64,000 nucleotides of DNA, from positions 22,630,001 through 22,694,000 of the forward strand of contig CM022665.1 of NCBI GenBank assembly GCA_012295275.1. The letters are read 5' to 3'. This stretch comes from Chrysomallon squamiferum (lineage: Eukaryota; Animalia; Mollusca). Both the position numbers and the translations under genes were made by a program. The notes under the pieces are model-generated. The model did no database searches. It saw only the letters and a program-made list of their open reading frames with translations, and was not told where the DNA came from. Below are positions 1 through 13,075 of this stretch, one piece after another; position 1 is the stretch's first letter, and every line of letters starts with the position of its first letter.

Positions 1-145
1 GAAGACTAGCCTGATCAACAAGGACATGGGTCTGGTTGCTAAGATGACTGTGCTTTTGTTGATATTCCTCTTGGGTGGTGTGATCACACTGTGATGCCAT
101 GGAGTCCAGCATTGCCTTGTGAATTTCCAGATCACTAAAGAAATC
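1..145 (-). CDS. SYNE1: SYNE1-like exon, truncated by window edge (DFFSDLEIHKAMLDSMASQC...)
   Basis: ttcag acceptor at 146-147; open frame, phase 0. Confidence 0.9.
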
Positions 146-499
146 CTGAAGAAAAAGAAAAGAATTTGGTTAAAACAATAAGAATGTAAAAGACAGGTAT
201 TAGTAAATGAAATCCAGACAAATTATTTCAATAAGTCTTATTAAATAATTATCTAGACAATATTTTCGTGATAAGATGCTGAAAGGCTGTAGGAATTAAA
301 GCAATGGTAAAAAAAAACAAAAAAACATCCCCCCACTACCATGTATCTGGCAATCTGTCTTTCAACTGTAAGTCTTTAGCATAACAATCGGAAATTTGAA
401 CATATATATTAGATATTTACAAAAGGTTTATATCACTGTCATAGATTTCATCAAATTTGAAGGTTGATGTTAATTCTTGCTTTACAGTAATTGTGATAC

Positions 500-670
500 C
501 TTGTGAGAATTAAGCTGCTGTTTAAGATGGGCAAGATCTGTGCAGGAGATGGAATCTGTCTGCAGTTTTCCTTCAGCTGTTACTATGAACTCAGCATAAT
601 CATTGAGTAGTGTTGCATACTGCTCCTGTTGTGAAGTGGAATTCTGTAAACTGGCTTTCTTGTCCATTAC
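500..670 (-). CDS. SYNE1: SYNE1-like exon (VMDKKASLQN...LNSHK)
   Basis: cag/gtatca boundaries, 171 nt, phase 0-0. Confidence 0.9.
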
Positions 671-744
671 CTGTAAATTAAAAAGCAGACATTGCTAAAC
701 ATAAAACAACTGACATTCTGTTTGGTATTACTGAATAAATGTTA

Positions 745-835
745 CTAGCTTAGTAGGGGATGTTATTAAGCTGTCAGTCATAACACTGGAAAACTCTGGG
801 CTCAAATCTTGGTACCAGCTCATAGTCTGAGCTAT
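745..835 (+). mobile_element. Possible decayed tRNA-derived SINE head
   Basis: A-box-like tagcttagtagg and B-box-like gggctcaaatcttgg at tRNA-like spacing; no complete cloverleaf. Confidence 0.3.
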
Positions 836-1083
836 CTTCTCAAAAAAATATCCTTTGATTGTTTGAACACCTACCAATAACAAGAATTATTCAGTATCTG
901 AGAAACAGATAAAATAAATTAAAAAATAACATTCATTTTCACATGCATGTGGTGAATCAAATATTTTTCACAATAATGATTACTTTGAAAAGATAGTGTT
1001 TGTATGTCTAAACTAAGTAGTTATAGATTTTAAATAAAACAGACTAAAGAATTTTATTTATTTTTAATATCTGTAGTTTCTAC

Positions 1084-1230
1084 CTTTCTCTGCAGATCCA
1101 TATAGTTTGTCTGAAGTTTATTCAATTCAGAAGGAATGCTGCCTTGTGGGTAATGAGAAGATAATTCGGATTCTTTTTTTTTCAGTTGCTCAAGTTGGCC
1201 TTCACAGTTTTGCAAATGGTGTTCAATTCT
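1084..1230 (-). CDS. SYNE1: SYNE1-like exon (RIEHHLQNCE...MDLQRK)
   Basis: cag/gtagaa boundaries, 147 nt, phase 0-0; missed by the ORF track. Confidence 0.88.
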
Positions 1231-2747
1231 CTGTAGAAATGAATAAATATATCAGTGAGTATTTGTTTACTTAATATAATTATTGATTATACAAAAAAAT
1301 AAAACGTGCTCAAATATTTACATTTAAATACAGAATTTAAATTTAAAGATCAACTACTGTTGTTGGTAGTTTAGGTGTTAATAATGCTATTATTATTGGG
1401 CAAAATACTTTTATGTATGATTTTCAAATTAAATCAAGTAAATAAAATAAAATGTAATATTAAAAATAAATATATAAAAATAGATACATGTATGTGGAAG
1501 AAAAAAGAAACCTATAAGTCAGAAGGTGAGATGATAAATTAGAGATTATATATATGCATAAATTTCTTTATTTTTAATAAACATTTTTTAGTTCATATTT
1601 CAGTTGAAGTAATTAAAATAATACTTTTGCCCTGATGATAAAGATATTAAAAATATGTGTTACTAGATTTTAAATCTCTATTAGATACAGAATGATAAGT
1701 AAAATACAAAATAAGCAAAGAATGACAACTTCTAGATGATACTGATAGTGATCCAATGAAACTATGTGATATAAAAAAAAAAAAATAATAATAATAATAA
1801 TAATAAATAAATAACAAAATGAAAATCTCACAAAATAATAAATGAAACAAATAGAAAATCCTCTGTAATTAAAAAATAATACAGCACATGCATGGTGATC
1901 AATTAAAAGCTACACTAACAGCAAAAAGTGTCACTAAAGAGTTACAAAATTTTGTCAACCATTTAAAAAATATATAAGCTAAGCTACTAAAATCTAGACC
2001 GACACCATGATGTTTTAAAGACTAGAACAATGATATGGATCAGTGACAAGTTTTCCCTTAACCAATAAGCTTGTCTTTATAATTTTGACTTACCATAACT
2101 TCAGGAATGAAAACCTTTAGTTACAAAATATCATAACTATTTTGCTCATGTGATACTGGTATTTTTTATCTTTTAATATTAAATGTTATGGCATGTAATT
2201 ACTACTTCTACATATTACTATAGTATTAAAGTTTTCAAGAATATATATTTTTTAAACACTGAAGTCAGAAAATTATTGTTCTATCTTTACTGATTATGCC
2301 AAGGGATAGCTTAATTGGTTAGAAAGCCTGTACTGCATTTAGATAAGGCATCTTTATTAATAATACTATATTTATGAATAAACTTTAGCAGTAACATCAT
2401 GTATACCAATTGCTTAAATGACTAAAATACCCTGGGTGTTTAAACTGTAATAATTGTACCATGATTAAAGAAATATTTAACATTATAATTTCATATATAA
2501 TTACAATAAAGTCAATATTGTTAAATTATTATGAAAATGAAATTCTGTTTAATTTTTTAAATTTAAAAAAAAAAATAATAATAATAATAATAATGAAAAA
2601 AAAAGTAAAGAAAAGTAGATATCAATTAAGGAAATCTGATTAAAAAAATTAATAATAATACATTTTTTTTTTTTTTTTATATATATATATTATATAAAAT
2701 GAGTAAAAAAAAGACAGAGCTAAAATCTTTAACATTTATGAACCAAC

Positions 2748-2849
2748 CTGAATGTCAGATATTAGGTGTGATACAGATGAAGCTTGTGGTTGGGAAAATA
2801 GCATTCTATGGGCTTGTTGAAGTCCTTTTTGTAAACTGTGAACATCATC
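2748..2849 (-). CDS. SYNE1: SYNE1-like exon (DDVHSLQKGL...ISDIQ)
   Basis: cag/gttggt boundaries, 102 nt, phase 0-0. Confidence 0.87.
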
Positions 2850-3254
2850 CTGGTATAATAATAATAATGAGAGTAATAACTTAAAAACAGCTGAACAGAT
2901 TACTGATGAAAATAAACCAAGCATTGACATTCATATATAAATAATTACAAATTATCTGTTCCAAGTAAATTAATATTATAAAACATATGCATATGAGCTT
3001 GTTGTACAAATGTCAAAATTCTTTATCAAACATTTATCACTTTATACAAATAAAACATGGCCATTTGTACTTTTTATCAATTGCACACTTTATTGCTATA
3101 CTTTATCATTGTCAAAAATTGGTGTTCAGTAACACCTAACACTTACACATTTATAAAATGGAAGTATGATATGAAATATATATGGACGATACAATTTCAG
3201 ACATATAAATTTTATTTTTGTTATTGTTAAAAGTTGGTGTCAAAAATAACAAAC

Positions 3255-3467
3255 CTGATATTGTTTCCACATAGAATTGACTTTTCTGAGTTCTTCTCCT
3301 TGAGTCTGAGCCTGACCTTCTAGAATCATAACTCGGTCATTCAGACTGGCCAGAGTTTGCTGAATCAAATCTCTACTCTCTATGCTGGTTTCAGCTAGCA
3401 ACTGTTGTGCCTGGTTGCTCATTGTAGCTATCTCCTTCTGCAGTGCTTTGATTTCATGCTGAAGTGC
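3255..3467 (-). CDS. SYNE1: SYNE1-like exon (ALQHEIKALQ...MWKQYQ)
   Basis: tag/gtttgt boundaries, 213 nt, phase 0-0. Confidence 0.9.
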
Positions 3468-3960
3468 CTAAACAATAAAGATTTAATTAATATTTATCCT
3501 CATATTCCATCCACCCATCCATATCTCCAATAAACGTATACTTCCATGTGTGCTATGCTTTAATATCTTTAAGTACCAAGTACCTGGTTTTCTCAAATTT
3601 ACATTTCCTGCAATGCTGTATTCTTCAAAGCTGTAATGACTCAATACTGTTTTGATAAATATTTTTATCATTCAATAAATTTATAAAATTGTAAAAATAT
3701 TTAACTTCTTGTTTTTATGTCATTAATTTTAATAACATCACGAAAATGTTATTATATCTTAATGTAAGAAGAACTACCAAAACAATAACAAAAAACCAAA
3801 AAACAACATTAATAAAAACAACGTCAGTAACAAAAAAACAACTGTTAATAACAACAACAACTAGACAATAATAGAAAAAACAACAAAAACCACAACATTA
3901 ACAACAACAACAACAATAATACATTTTTAATTTCAGTATATTAAACCCTCATAAGCTTAC

Positions 3961-4239
3961 TTCATTGTCTTTGAGCTGCTTCTCTGTCGACTGACTTGAG
4001 TCTGGTGCTAACACCCGTTGTTCAGCAAAATCTAGCCAGGAAGAAATGCTCAGCAGTGCATTCTGATATTGCTGCTGAAAGGATAAAGCATCTTCTAGTC
4101 GCAGCTGTCGATGCTCCACCTGATCTTCCAGTTGTTGCCAACATTCGCTAAGATCTGCGATAATCTGTCTTATTTCATTCAGATTTCTGATAGTCTCAGT
4201 ACTTGATCCAAATGAATCTAGTCTGTATGCTGCCAGCTC
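3961..4239 (-). CDS. SYNE1: SYNE1-like exon (ELAAYRLDSF...SISSWLDFAEQR...LKDNE)
   Basis: cag/gtaagc boundaries, 279 nt, phase 0-0; spectrin W motif. Confidence 0.9.
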
Positions 4240-4250
4240 CTGAAAAACAA

Positions 4251-4296
<46 letters not shown>

Positions 4297-4651
4297 GTAA
4301 GGAAATAATTATGTCCTGCTGTTGCTACTACTACTACTACTAGTAGTGCTAATATTACTACTACTAATAATAATAAGAAGAAGGAAAGAAGAGATATTAA
4401 GTTCAAAGCAGTTTCCAAGGCAATTTTAAATTGAATTGTTGCAAAAAAAAGAAAAAAAACAACATTATATACTTAATATTGTTGAATATTGGAGGCAAAT
4501 ACTAATGAAACATTGTGAAAACTAACTGAAAAACAAAAATTAAATTAAATACAAAGTAGATAGATAAATAAATAAATAATAAAAAATAAAAATCCCCCCC
4601 CCGAAAATAAAATCAACACATAAAATAAAATAAAATAAAATAAAAATTTAC

Positions 4652-4873
4652 CTCAGGTTTCTTTGATCTAACAATATGTTCCAGATTACTCGTCTTGTTT
4701 GTGATTTCTCTCTGTAAATTCTCCCACTGAGTCTGCAGCTCTGCCTCTGTTAATGTAGCTGGCATTTTTTGTCTGCCTACATTGACACTGTGACCTGCAT
4801 CCTGGAATTTCTGACCACTGATAGATATTTGTCTGACCAGTTGTCTGTGTTCACTTAGATCTGTTTCTAGTTC
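4652..4873 (-). CDS. SYNE1: SYNE1-like exon (ELETDLSEHR...QWENLQRE...KKPE)
   Basis: tag/gtaaat boundaries, 222 nt, phase 0-0. Confidence 0.9.
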
Positions 4874-5324
4874 CTAAAAATAGACACACAGATATATATA
4901 TTAATAGCAATAGTATTAATAGTAGAAGTAGCAGTAATAGAAGAGATAGTAATAGTGGTATAAGTGGAGACAGGTTGGAATAATAGTAGTTATCTTAGTG
5001 AATCTAGAATTGTGATGACAACAGTACATGCAATATTAATAGCAGCAGTAAACCCAGAAGTACTAGCAGTAATAGCTGAATGTATAAAGGATGTGATAGT
5101 TATAGTAGTGGTAATAGATGAATACACATAGGACAAATTATTGTAATAGGAATAAAAGCAAATTTTCTGATAATATTAATGGTAGTTGTAATTATAATAG
5201 TAAAAATTTATTTCACACAACATGAAAACAATTACGACAATAAAATATGAGGGGAAAAACAAAATGACTGTAAAGACATATTTGGTTTTTTCAATTAACC
5301 TTGGAATATAAACAATATGTTTAC

Positions 5325-5669
5325 CTGTTGCAGTTTCTGCATTTCTGGAATTTGAATGCTGGCTTCTGTTGTCAGTGGAGACATGGTCATCTGCTTGGTG
5401 TCCGAGATCCACTGTTGTAATTTGGCCACATGTGACTCATAATCCTCCATCTCTCTGTGACGTTTCTCAGATTCTTTCATCGTAGCTCTCAGCTGACTCT
5501 GTTTGTCAATGGCTGCCAATTTAAACTCACCAAGCTGACTCTGAATGTTTGCTAGCTGGTTTCTGAGTTTCTCTGCAGTGGCTGGGGACTCTGACTCACA
5601 GACATTGTCACACTGAAGGGCAAGGTCATGGATAAGTTGTTGTCTCTTGTTAATCTCTTCCTGTAGTTC
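5325..5669 (-). CDS. SYNE1: SYNE1-like exon (ELQEEINKRQ...QKLQQ)
   Basis: cag/gtaaac boundaries, 345 nt, phase 0-0. Confidence 0.9.
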
Positions 5670-6073
5670 CTGGAAGAAAATTTAAATATAAAATAAAAAA
5701 CATTTCAATTATATTATTTACCATGTTATTAAAATTCAGTTTTACCAACTGTATTATTAAAATTCAGCATTAATAAATTTGATTATATTATTACCATTTA
5801 GCATTACCAATTGCAAATGTTATTATTAATATTCAGTTATTGCAATTTTGAAAATATTATTAAACCTCAGCATTTTCTGTAGTTAAAATATTAAGACAAA
5901 TTATCCCATAATGTAATTACATATTATTTAGTCACTGGAGAATGAAATCTGGTGAAAAAAGCCTTGAGACTATATAACACTGTAGTAGTTTAATATATAA
6001 TGAATTGTAATAAAGTAGTGTGGCGTGAAATGAGTAGAAGTAAAAATAAATTATAAAAGACTCATCATCATAC

Positions 6074-6238
6074 CCTGTTTTCTTGCAACTGTTGCTGCAG
6101 TGCTTCAGGACCTTCCATTGGCAGACCACTGGCTGCATGTCTGACTTTCATTTCATCCAGCCAAGATTCCAGCTCTGAGACACGCTTCAAGTAAGCCTGA
6201 AGATGAATGTTGTGTTTTTCCTTCTGCTTAGCAGCATC
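6074..6238 (-). CDS. SYNE1: SYNE1-like exon (DAAKQKEKHN...ELESWLDEM...LQENR)
   Basis: cag/gtatga boundaries, 165 nt, phase 0-0. Confidence 0.9.
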
Positions 6239-6625
6239 CTGAAATGAAAATTATTCTCTTCAAAGATTTGTCTAATGAAGCATACAAGCTATCAGTTATT
6301 CTGCTGAATGTATGTGTGTTTGTTTCTGTGTCCAAGTGTCTGTCATCTATTTGTATATATATACATGCTGTTATATTAATAAAATAATACATATATATCT
6401 TATTTTTTCATTCGATTTCCTAATTTACTAAATATACAAAAAAGAAAATGTATTAAGTTATTTAAAAAAAAAAAAAAGTCAAAAATAAATAAACAAAATA
6501 AAATAAATTAAAATATCTAAATGAATGAATGAATGAATAAATAAATAAACAGATAAAATAAAATAAAATAAATACAAATGTGGAAATCAAAGGTAAGACA
6601 TCTTGAAAAGTTACAAAACACTCAC

Positions 6626-6808
6626 CTGTAGTTGTTTGCCCTTGTCAATGGCTAAGCTCTGTAGATTGTCCAAGCGGTCAGTCATCATGGTCAGAGTGGC
6701 TTGCATTGCCTGGTACCCTTCTGGATCAGACTGTTCCATCATCTGACGGCCTTTCTCTTTGACCTTAGCAATATCTTCCTTTATAGAGTCAATCTCCTGA
6801 AGACACTC
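6626..6808 (-). CDS. SYNE1: SYNE1-like exon (ECLQEIDSIK...DPEGYQAMQATL...KQLQ)
   Basis: cag/gtgagt boundaries, 183 nt, phase 0-0. Confidence 0.92.
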
Positions 6809-8455
6809 CTGGATAAAATAAAATAAAATAAAATAAAGTTATGTAAAATAAAATTAAAATAAAATTGTAAACTGAAATTTTAAAATTTTTGTTTCTATAC
6901 CATGCAGCAACTTGACTACAACTCTTGAATATTAATTATTTTATATTGAAATGCTATATGTAATATGCAATTACAAAAAACAGTTTTGTTCATATGAAAC
7001 ATTTTGAATACAGCCCATAAAAATTTATAATCTAAAAAAACAAAACAACCAAGAAATAACAACAACAACAACAACAACAACAACATAGAAAGGATTATAA
7101 ACAGAAATAAAAGCCATTCCTTCTCAAAGTTGAGAATTTTATGCTTGAAATATTTACGGTTAAGTAAATTTTAATAATTATTATTTTTTTAAATTGTATG
7201 TTTTTGTCTGCATATATTGTGCAGAATTTCAATGAAAGAGAAATAAGAGTTACATTAGAATGTTTATGTGTATGTGTACAAAAGACTACTTAAAAGAAAA
7301 ATTAAATACCAAATTGAAAAATAGTTAAAGGATTTCATGAATTTTTGTCATCTTAGCAGAAACCTTTTAAACTCAATCTTTGAAGAAAGTAACAACAAAA
7401 AAACAAAACATGAATGAAACCCAAACTAACAACAACCCAAAAATTTGAAATGCTATCTTCATTTATCATCTTTTCTTTTTTTCACAGCAAAATATTGACA
7501 TTTATGTCTTTCTTACAAGCACATTTTATTTTATATTTCCAAGATTTACTTTTACAGAAAAATGTAACTAAGATTCAGAAATATCTGAATATACTTTTGC
7601 TATATTTGTTTTTAAGGAAGACATGGAACTAAGGCACCCCAATGTTGTCATTGCAATGATAATTAATTTTAAAATGTTATAACAACATAAAAAAATTGTG
7701 AAAATAAAATGTACATATTTAAGATGGCTTTATTTTTTTCTCTGTGTAAATCTAATTCTCAGATGTTTTTGCATGTATATTCATTTAGATTTGTCTGATA
7801 CTAAAATCCCCACCAAACTTATGGGAAACTGCCAAGCTGAAAGTTATGTGTCTCTTATAATTCATGGTTCTTAATATGATGTCAAAAAAATAAACCGGAG
7901 TATTTTTATGGGGAATATGAACAATTAAAATAAACAACACATTTGGCTGAACTGGCAGCCTGTTGAATTATTGTTAAAATCATGAAAGTCAGTATCCTGG
8001 ATATGTGCCAAAATTAAATGTTTTTAAACAATGAGCGAATGACTTTTTAATCAGTGCTTATTAAACATGGGTAAATTAAATTATTCTGGAGTAAATGTCA
8101 TTAGAATAAGATAAAATTTACACCCAAAACATAAAGAAATTTGGTCGTGGGTGAATTAAATTCTGTAATAAAGATGAAAGAGCTTCAAACGCACTGATCT
8201 TAATTTCACTTTGTTAAAGTACATTTCATCAACATTTCAAAAAAAAGGAAAAAAAAAAAAAAGATGTTGATTAATACCCCAATGAAATAATTAATGTTTT
8301 AGAAAAAAATAACTAAAATCCTTTTAAGGAAGCAGAAATAGAAGTGATTTAGAGAGAAAACTGAAAATCCATAATTAGCTCATTCTGTGGGCTGTAGCTC
8401 AAAATAGCTGTATGATCTTTGGCCAATTATCAAGGTCAATTTTGATATGTATTAC

Positions 8456-8623
8456 CTTATAGTCTAGCATCTCCTGCTCAAGGTTTTCTGTCTTGTCTGA
8501 TGGTGATTGCTGGGTAAGTCGTTGATGAACTTGTTCCATCTTGGTAGTAATATCCTGTACAGAATGCTGATAGCGTTCCTGCTTTTGTAGGGCAGTCTGA
8601 AGTTCTTTTTCCTTTGCTGCTGC
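8456..8623 (-). CDS. SYNE1: SYNE1-like exon (AAAKEKELQT...MLDYK)
   Basis: cag/gtaata boundaries, 168 nt, phase 0-0. Confidence 0.9.
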
Positions 8624-9840
8624 CTGAATTAAGTAGATAATAAATATTTAATAAATATGAATGCATTTTAATATATCTGAATGTTAATAGTGTTTCTTCT
8701 ATTCTTCCTTTCATTTTTTTTCAACTCCACTCCCCAAAAGCATTACAATAACCAACAAAAGAGCAGCAGCAACAACAACAACAACAACAAAATCTGAATG
8801 AAACACACATACAAGGTGGTTTAAATAATTTAAAAAAGCACAACTGTAGAAATACACAAACTACAGAAAAGGCAAAATACAATTTACAATATATAAATAA
8901 TTCTTTGATAAACATCATAAAAAATTTAAAAATTTAATATTAAAATACAAACCTTAATAAACCATTAAGTATAAAGAATCATCTTAACTCTAAAAAGTTA
9001 ACAGCATTACACCACACTCTTGTACAAAATCTATAACCTGTCTGCCATTCAAAAAACCCAATAAAATATATTTAAAAAAATATGATAATATTGAACTGTT
9101 AAAAGTTACATTCCTGTGTGCACTGAAAACCGTCCTAAGCAGATTATAAAACTCAACAGAGTCTATGTGCATGATAATACACAAGATTAATACAGTATTG
9201 TATCATTCATAATAAACACTTTCTTGATATTTTAAAAATGAACATGCATAGCTGATAAGAAAATATACAATAGTATCCATATAAAACACAGGTAGACAAG
9301 GCAAGTATAATTATTTTTTCTGAATGTAATTAATTCCTGTTGTATAATAGAATTCAAAGAGTTATATAGCAGATCACAGTAATATGTTGTTTAGTAATAA
9401 TGCTGTGCTGACTTTAATTGCAGCAGAACACAACAGTCATATTTTTACACACACCTTAATACAGTTTATTCAGTGAACAGCACTGAACATGTTAATCATA
9501 TCTGAAAGCAGATATTCACATTGTATATCATACCAAAAGGCAGGTAACAGACATAATAACACTTCTTGCATGGATATTAAAGAAAATGAACCTAACATTT
9601 ACGAAAGCTATATGGCTTGATACAAAAACCATTTTTAGTAGGATATTAAGCACATATAAAAATAAAACTTTAATAATAAGGAATATTTTATTCTAAAATG
9701 TGTACAGAATAACTGCACAAACTGAACAGAAATCGAATATAATAATCTTTTATATGAATACAGTATATATTCAGTTGTCCATATCTCTATTCACAAGTCC
9801 AACTGTTTAAATGGATATAAATATTATAATTATATTTTAC

Positions 9841-9969
9841 CTGTTGTTGTAGTGAGCTGAGAGACATATTTAGTTCAACCACCTGTCCTGTTTGACCAAG
9901 TGGTCTTCCTACTGCAGGGACCCTTGTTCCAAATGAAGCACTGCGTTGCCTCACCTCTGCAGCACCACC
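9841..9969 (-). CDS. SYNE1: SYNE1-like exon (GGAAEVRQRS...SLSSLQQQ): end of the disordered insertion and start of helix C
   Basis: cag/gtaaaa boundaries, 129 nt, phase 0-0. Confidence 0.85.
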
Positions 9970-10441
9970 CTGCAGAATAACCATAGCAACACCAACGTCA
10001 ACATCATCTCTTAACAATATTACTTCTGTTAATCAGTTTCAGAGTCATTCCTTACTTTAGACAAACTTCAGTGCAGTTAGTTTTAGTATGGAGAAAGTAT
10101 CATACGTTCATAATATCACAAAAGTTTAATATCTCAGGATAGTAAGTTCAATAATGAGTTACACATACCCCACAGTCTCAGAGATAATATAAAATAAATC
10201 TTTTTACCACCTACTATGTTTATATGTGATATATGAAATTCGGTTTTTATGTCAATACTTTGTCTATTTTAGTAAAAATATCTTGTAAAATGGACAAAGG
10301 TCCAATTAAAGCATAATTATGACAAATGAATCATAGCAAATGTGGCAATATATTTGAGAAAACAAGAAGAAGGCAAGAAAAAAGGTTCTACTTTAATATT
10401 CTATTAAAAAAGAAATAATAATAATAGAAAATTATAAAAGA

Positions 10442-10489
<48 letters not shown>

Positions 10490-10719
10490 GAAAATAAAGA
10501 GATAACTGTTGGATATATTATGGAAGGTATATGTAAAAATAAAGCGGCTGATCTGCCAAAATTGAAAACAATCAATCAATAATTTCAAATATGTCTACAT
10601 CTACTGATGATTCGTGCACGTCAGTCATGCCCATGACAAATTACTGTTATTTCACATAAAATTCTCCTAAGTGTTAGAGAGAAAGGAAACTGTGGTCTTA
10701 GACTTCACAATTAGCTTTA

Positions 10720-10980
10720 AATGAAGAAAGAAATATTTTTTTCAAAACATTCAACCAACTTTCATCCTATGGTTATATGGTATCAAACATAAGGCTATGA
10801 CCATAATCACTGATGGAATGGGATATCTACTACTGCCATACAATAATTACTTTTTTCATTAGTAGCAAGGATTCTTAATTTTATGTACACCTTCCAATAA
10901 ATATGAAAAAAAAAATACCATGATCTTTCATAAACTGGTAGTCGGGCATTAGTTGGATGGGAAATAGCCTAAAGGGATGC
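10720..10980 (+). mobile_element. Degenerate interspersed repeat (SINE-like family), copy A
   Basis: Shares ordered motifs ttag(c/t)agcaa.ga.t, catg.tcttt.ataaa and gaaatagcc.a.aggg with 41040-41250; resembles an abundant gastropod repeat I recall (unverified). Confidence 0.55.
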
Positions 10981-12134
10981 ACAAAATTAAAACTTAATTA
11001 TAATTATAAAACTATCTATGCTACTTATATGATATAATTTTGTGCTTGTATGTGAATGTATGTGGAAGAATGCCATAACCATATTCACGTACGCATATTT
11101 CAATTCTTGTTTTAAAATGTCGATAAACACACAAATATTTATATATATGCACTCTGTTTAGGAGATATTTTTTATTTGTGCAACAAACTAAAAAAAATAA
11201 AAATTAAAAAAATCCCAGAAAGCACACACATTAAAAAAAAAAAAAAAAAAAAAGAACCCACAATTATGAAGTCTATACTCAACACAGACAATCTTTCAGA
11301 AAAACCTTAAGTAGAAATTTTAATACATTTTTAAAACAATATGGCCTTTTTGTTTGTATTTTTTTTTTAATTAAGAACAATATAATAACATTTAATTATG
11401 AAAATTAACTGCACAAAAAGATGTGAAATATAAACATTTTCAAAATCAGAATTTGAAAAAAAAAAAAAAATATCACCAACATGTTATTTATAAACTCTCA
11501 AAAAATATTATTAAACAAACTGTTGGCAGATTCATTTTTCAAAATGTAAAGAAAAAATTATCTTTTAAATTAATCTCTCAATGAATGGAAAAAACTGAAG
11601 CAATGAAGATGAACTAAAGCAAAATTTAAATATATCTTTTTAAAACAACACATACACACATAAATAATAAAAATTAAAAAGAATCAAAAATAAAACAAAA
11701 TAGTAGAAATTACACCCAAAACACTTTGGAATATGGATATTGGTTTAACTAATATAATGTACAGGTCTTTGTATTTATTCATTTTCTTTTTTTCCTTCCT
11801 GAATTTAAAATCAGAGAAAAACTTGTTTCAGCATATATTAAATTTTTAAAAAACATAATGTTTTATGTTAAATACAGGATTTAAAAAAAAACATTTTTGC
11901 ATTTTAAAAATTCTGAATTGGAAAAAGTAACAAAAAAACAACAAAAAAACATAATAAAGAAGAAAAGAATAATAAACAAAAAGAAATAGCAAATAAATAA
12001 AAAATATAAATTATTATTATTTTTGAATAATCAAAAACTTCAGAAAACATCTTCTAATACACAGAATATCATTAGTAGTGAACTGTTGAAAGATCACAAA
12101 GTTAAACAGGAAGAATGCATACACTATTAATAAT

Positions 12135-12187
<53 letters not shown>

Positions 12188-12247
12188 CACACACATATAT
12201 TAGTATTAGTAGAGGACTGACTAACTGTTACATCACACACAACCCAC

Positions 12248-13075
12248 CAGATGTTTTTCCAGGTGACCATGTGATGACCCTACACCTGAAATGACAGTAG
12301 CTTTTTCACTAAATGACTTAGGTGAGAGTGATCTCATTTGTGGAGGGGTGTAATATCGGTGGGTACCAGGTGACTGAGATGCTGCCTGAATAGACTCCTC
12401 AGATGCACTGAATCCTGCAGAATTTGATGACCTTCCAATAACTGATGACGTCTCTGGTGAAGTGCTCTGAGGATCGAGTTTTTGTTTCTTTGAAGAATGT
12501 CTGTCACTTTCAGTGTCTGTTTTGATTGGTCTGAAAGGAGAATCAAGTCCAAATCGGTCTTGTCTTTCTTTTGAGCTCAGCTTTGATTCAGAACCATAGT
12601 AATATCCAGTTACTTTCTTAGTATCATCTTTGTCTGGCAGTGTGTCTTCTGATCTTGTTGATAACAAACTTTCTTTACTGTAAGAATACTCCCCTCCACT
12701 GAAATCATCTACATTTCCACTAGATGCAAATGAGTATGATTTGGTCTTTCTAATCATGCTAATGTCAGACTGTTCTGAAAAAGATGATCTTGAAATACCA
12801 GGCTGAATTGTTCCAGTGGTTGATGACATGCTAGAAGATATATGTAATCCACTATCAGAGGTAAAACTGTCATAACCATTTTGCTGCTGTGCCCAAATTG
12901 GTGGCTCTTTGCCAGTGTAGTTTCCTTGGAAATCTGTTCCGTATGTTGCACTCAACATAAAACGTTTGCGGACTAGAGTGGGACTTCTTTGTAAACTTTT
13001 TTCTGAGAGTTCTCGACTTTTCTCATTGATTTCATTGACTCGAATTTGATAACTCTTTATTTGTGAAGCTAAATT
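12248..13075 (-). CDS. SYNE1: SYNE1-like large exon: helix B (NLASQIKSYQ...) followed by a Ser-rich disordered insertion
   Basis: tttcag acceptor, gtgggt donor, 828 nt, phase 0-0; lies within the 296-aa ORF. Confidence 0.85.

Noticed and set aside
2300-2350. tRNA gene (gggatagcttaattggttagaaagc)
   Set aside because: Only an A-box-like 5' part is present, with no T-arm or acceptor stem; at most a SINE remnant.
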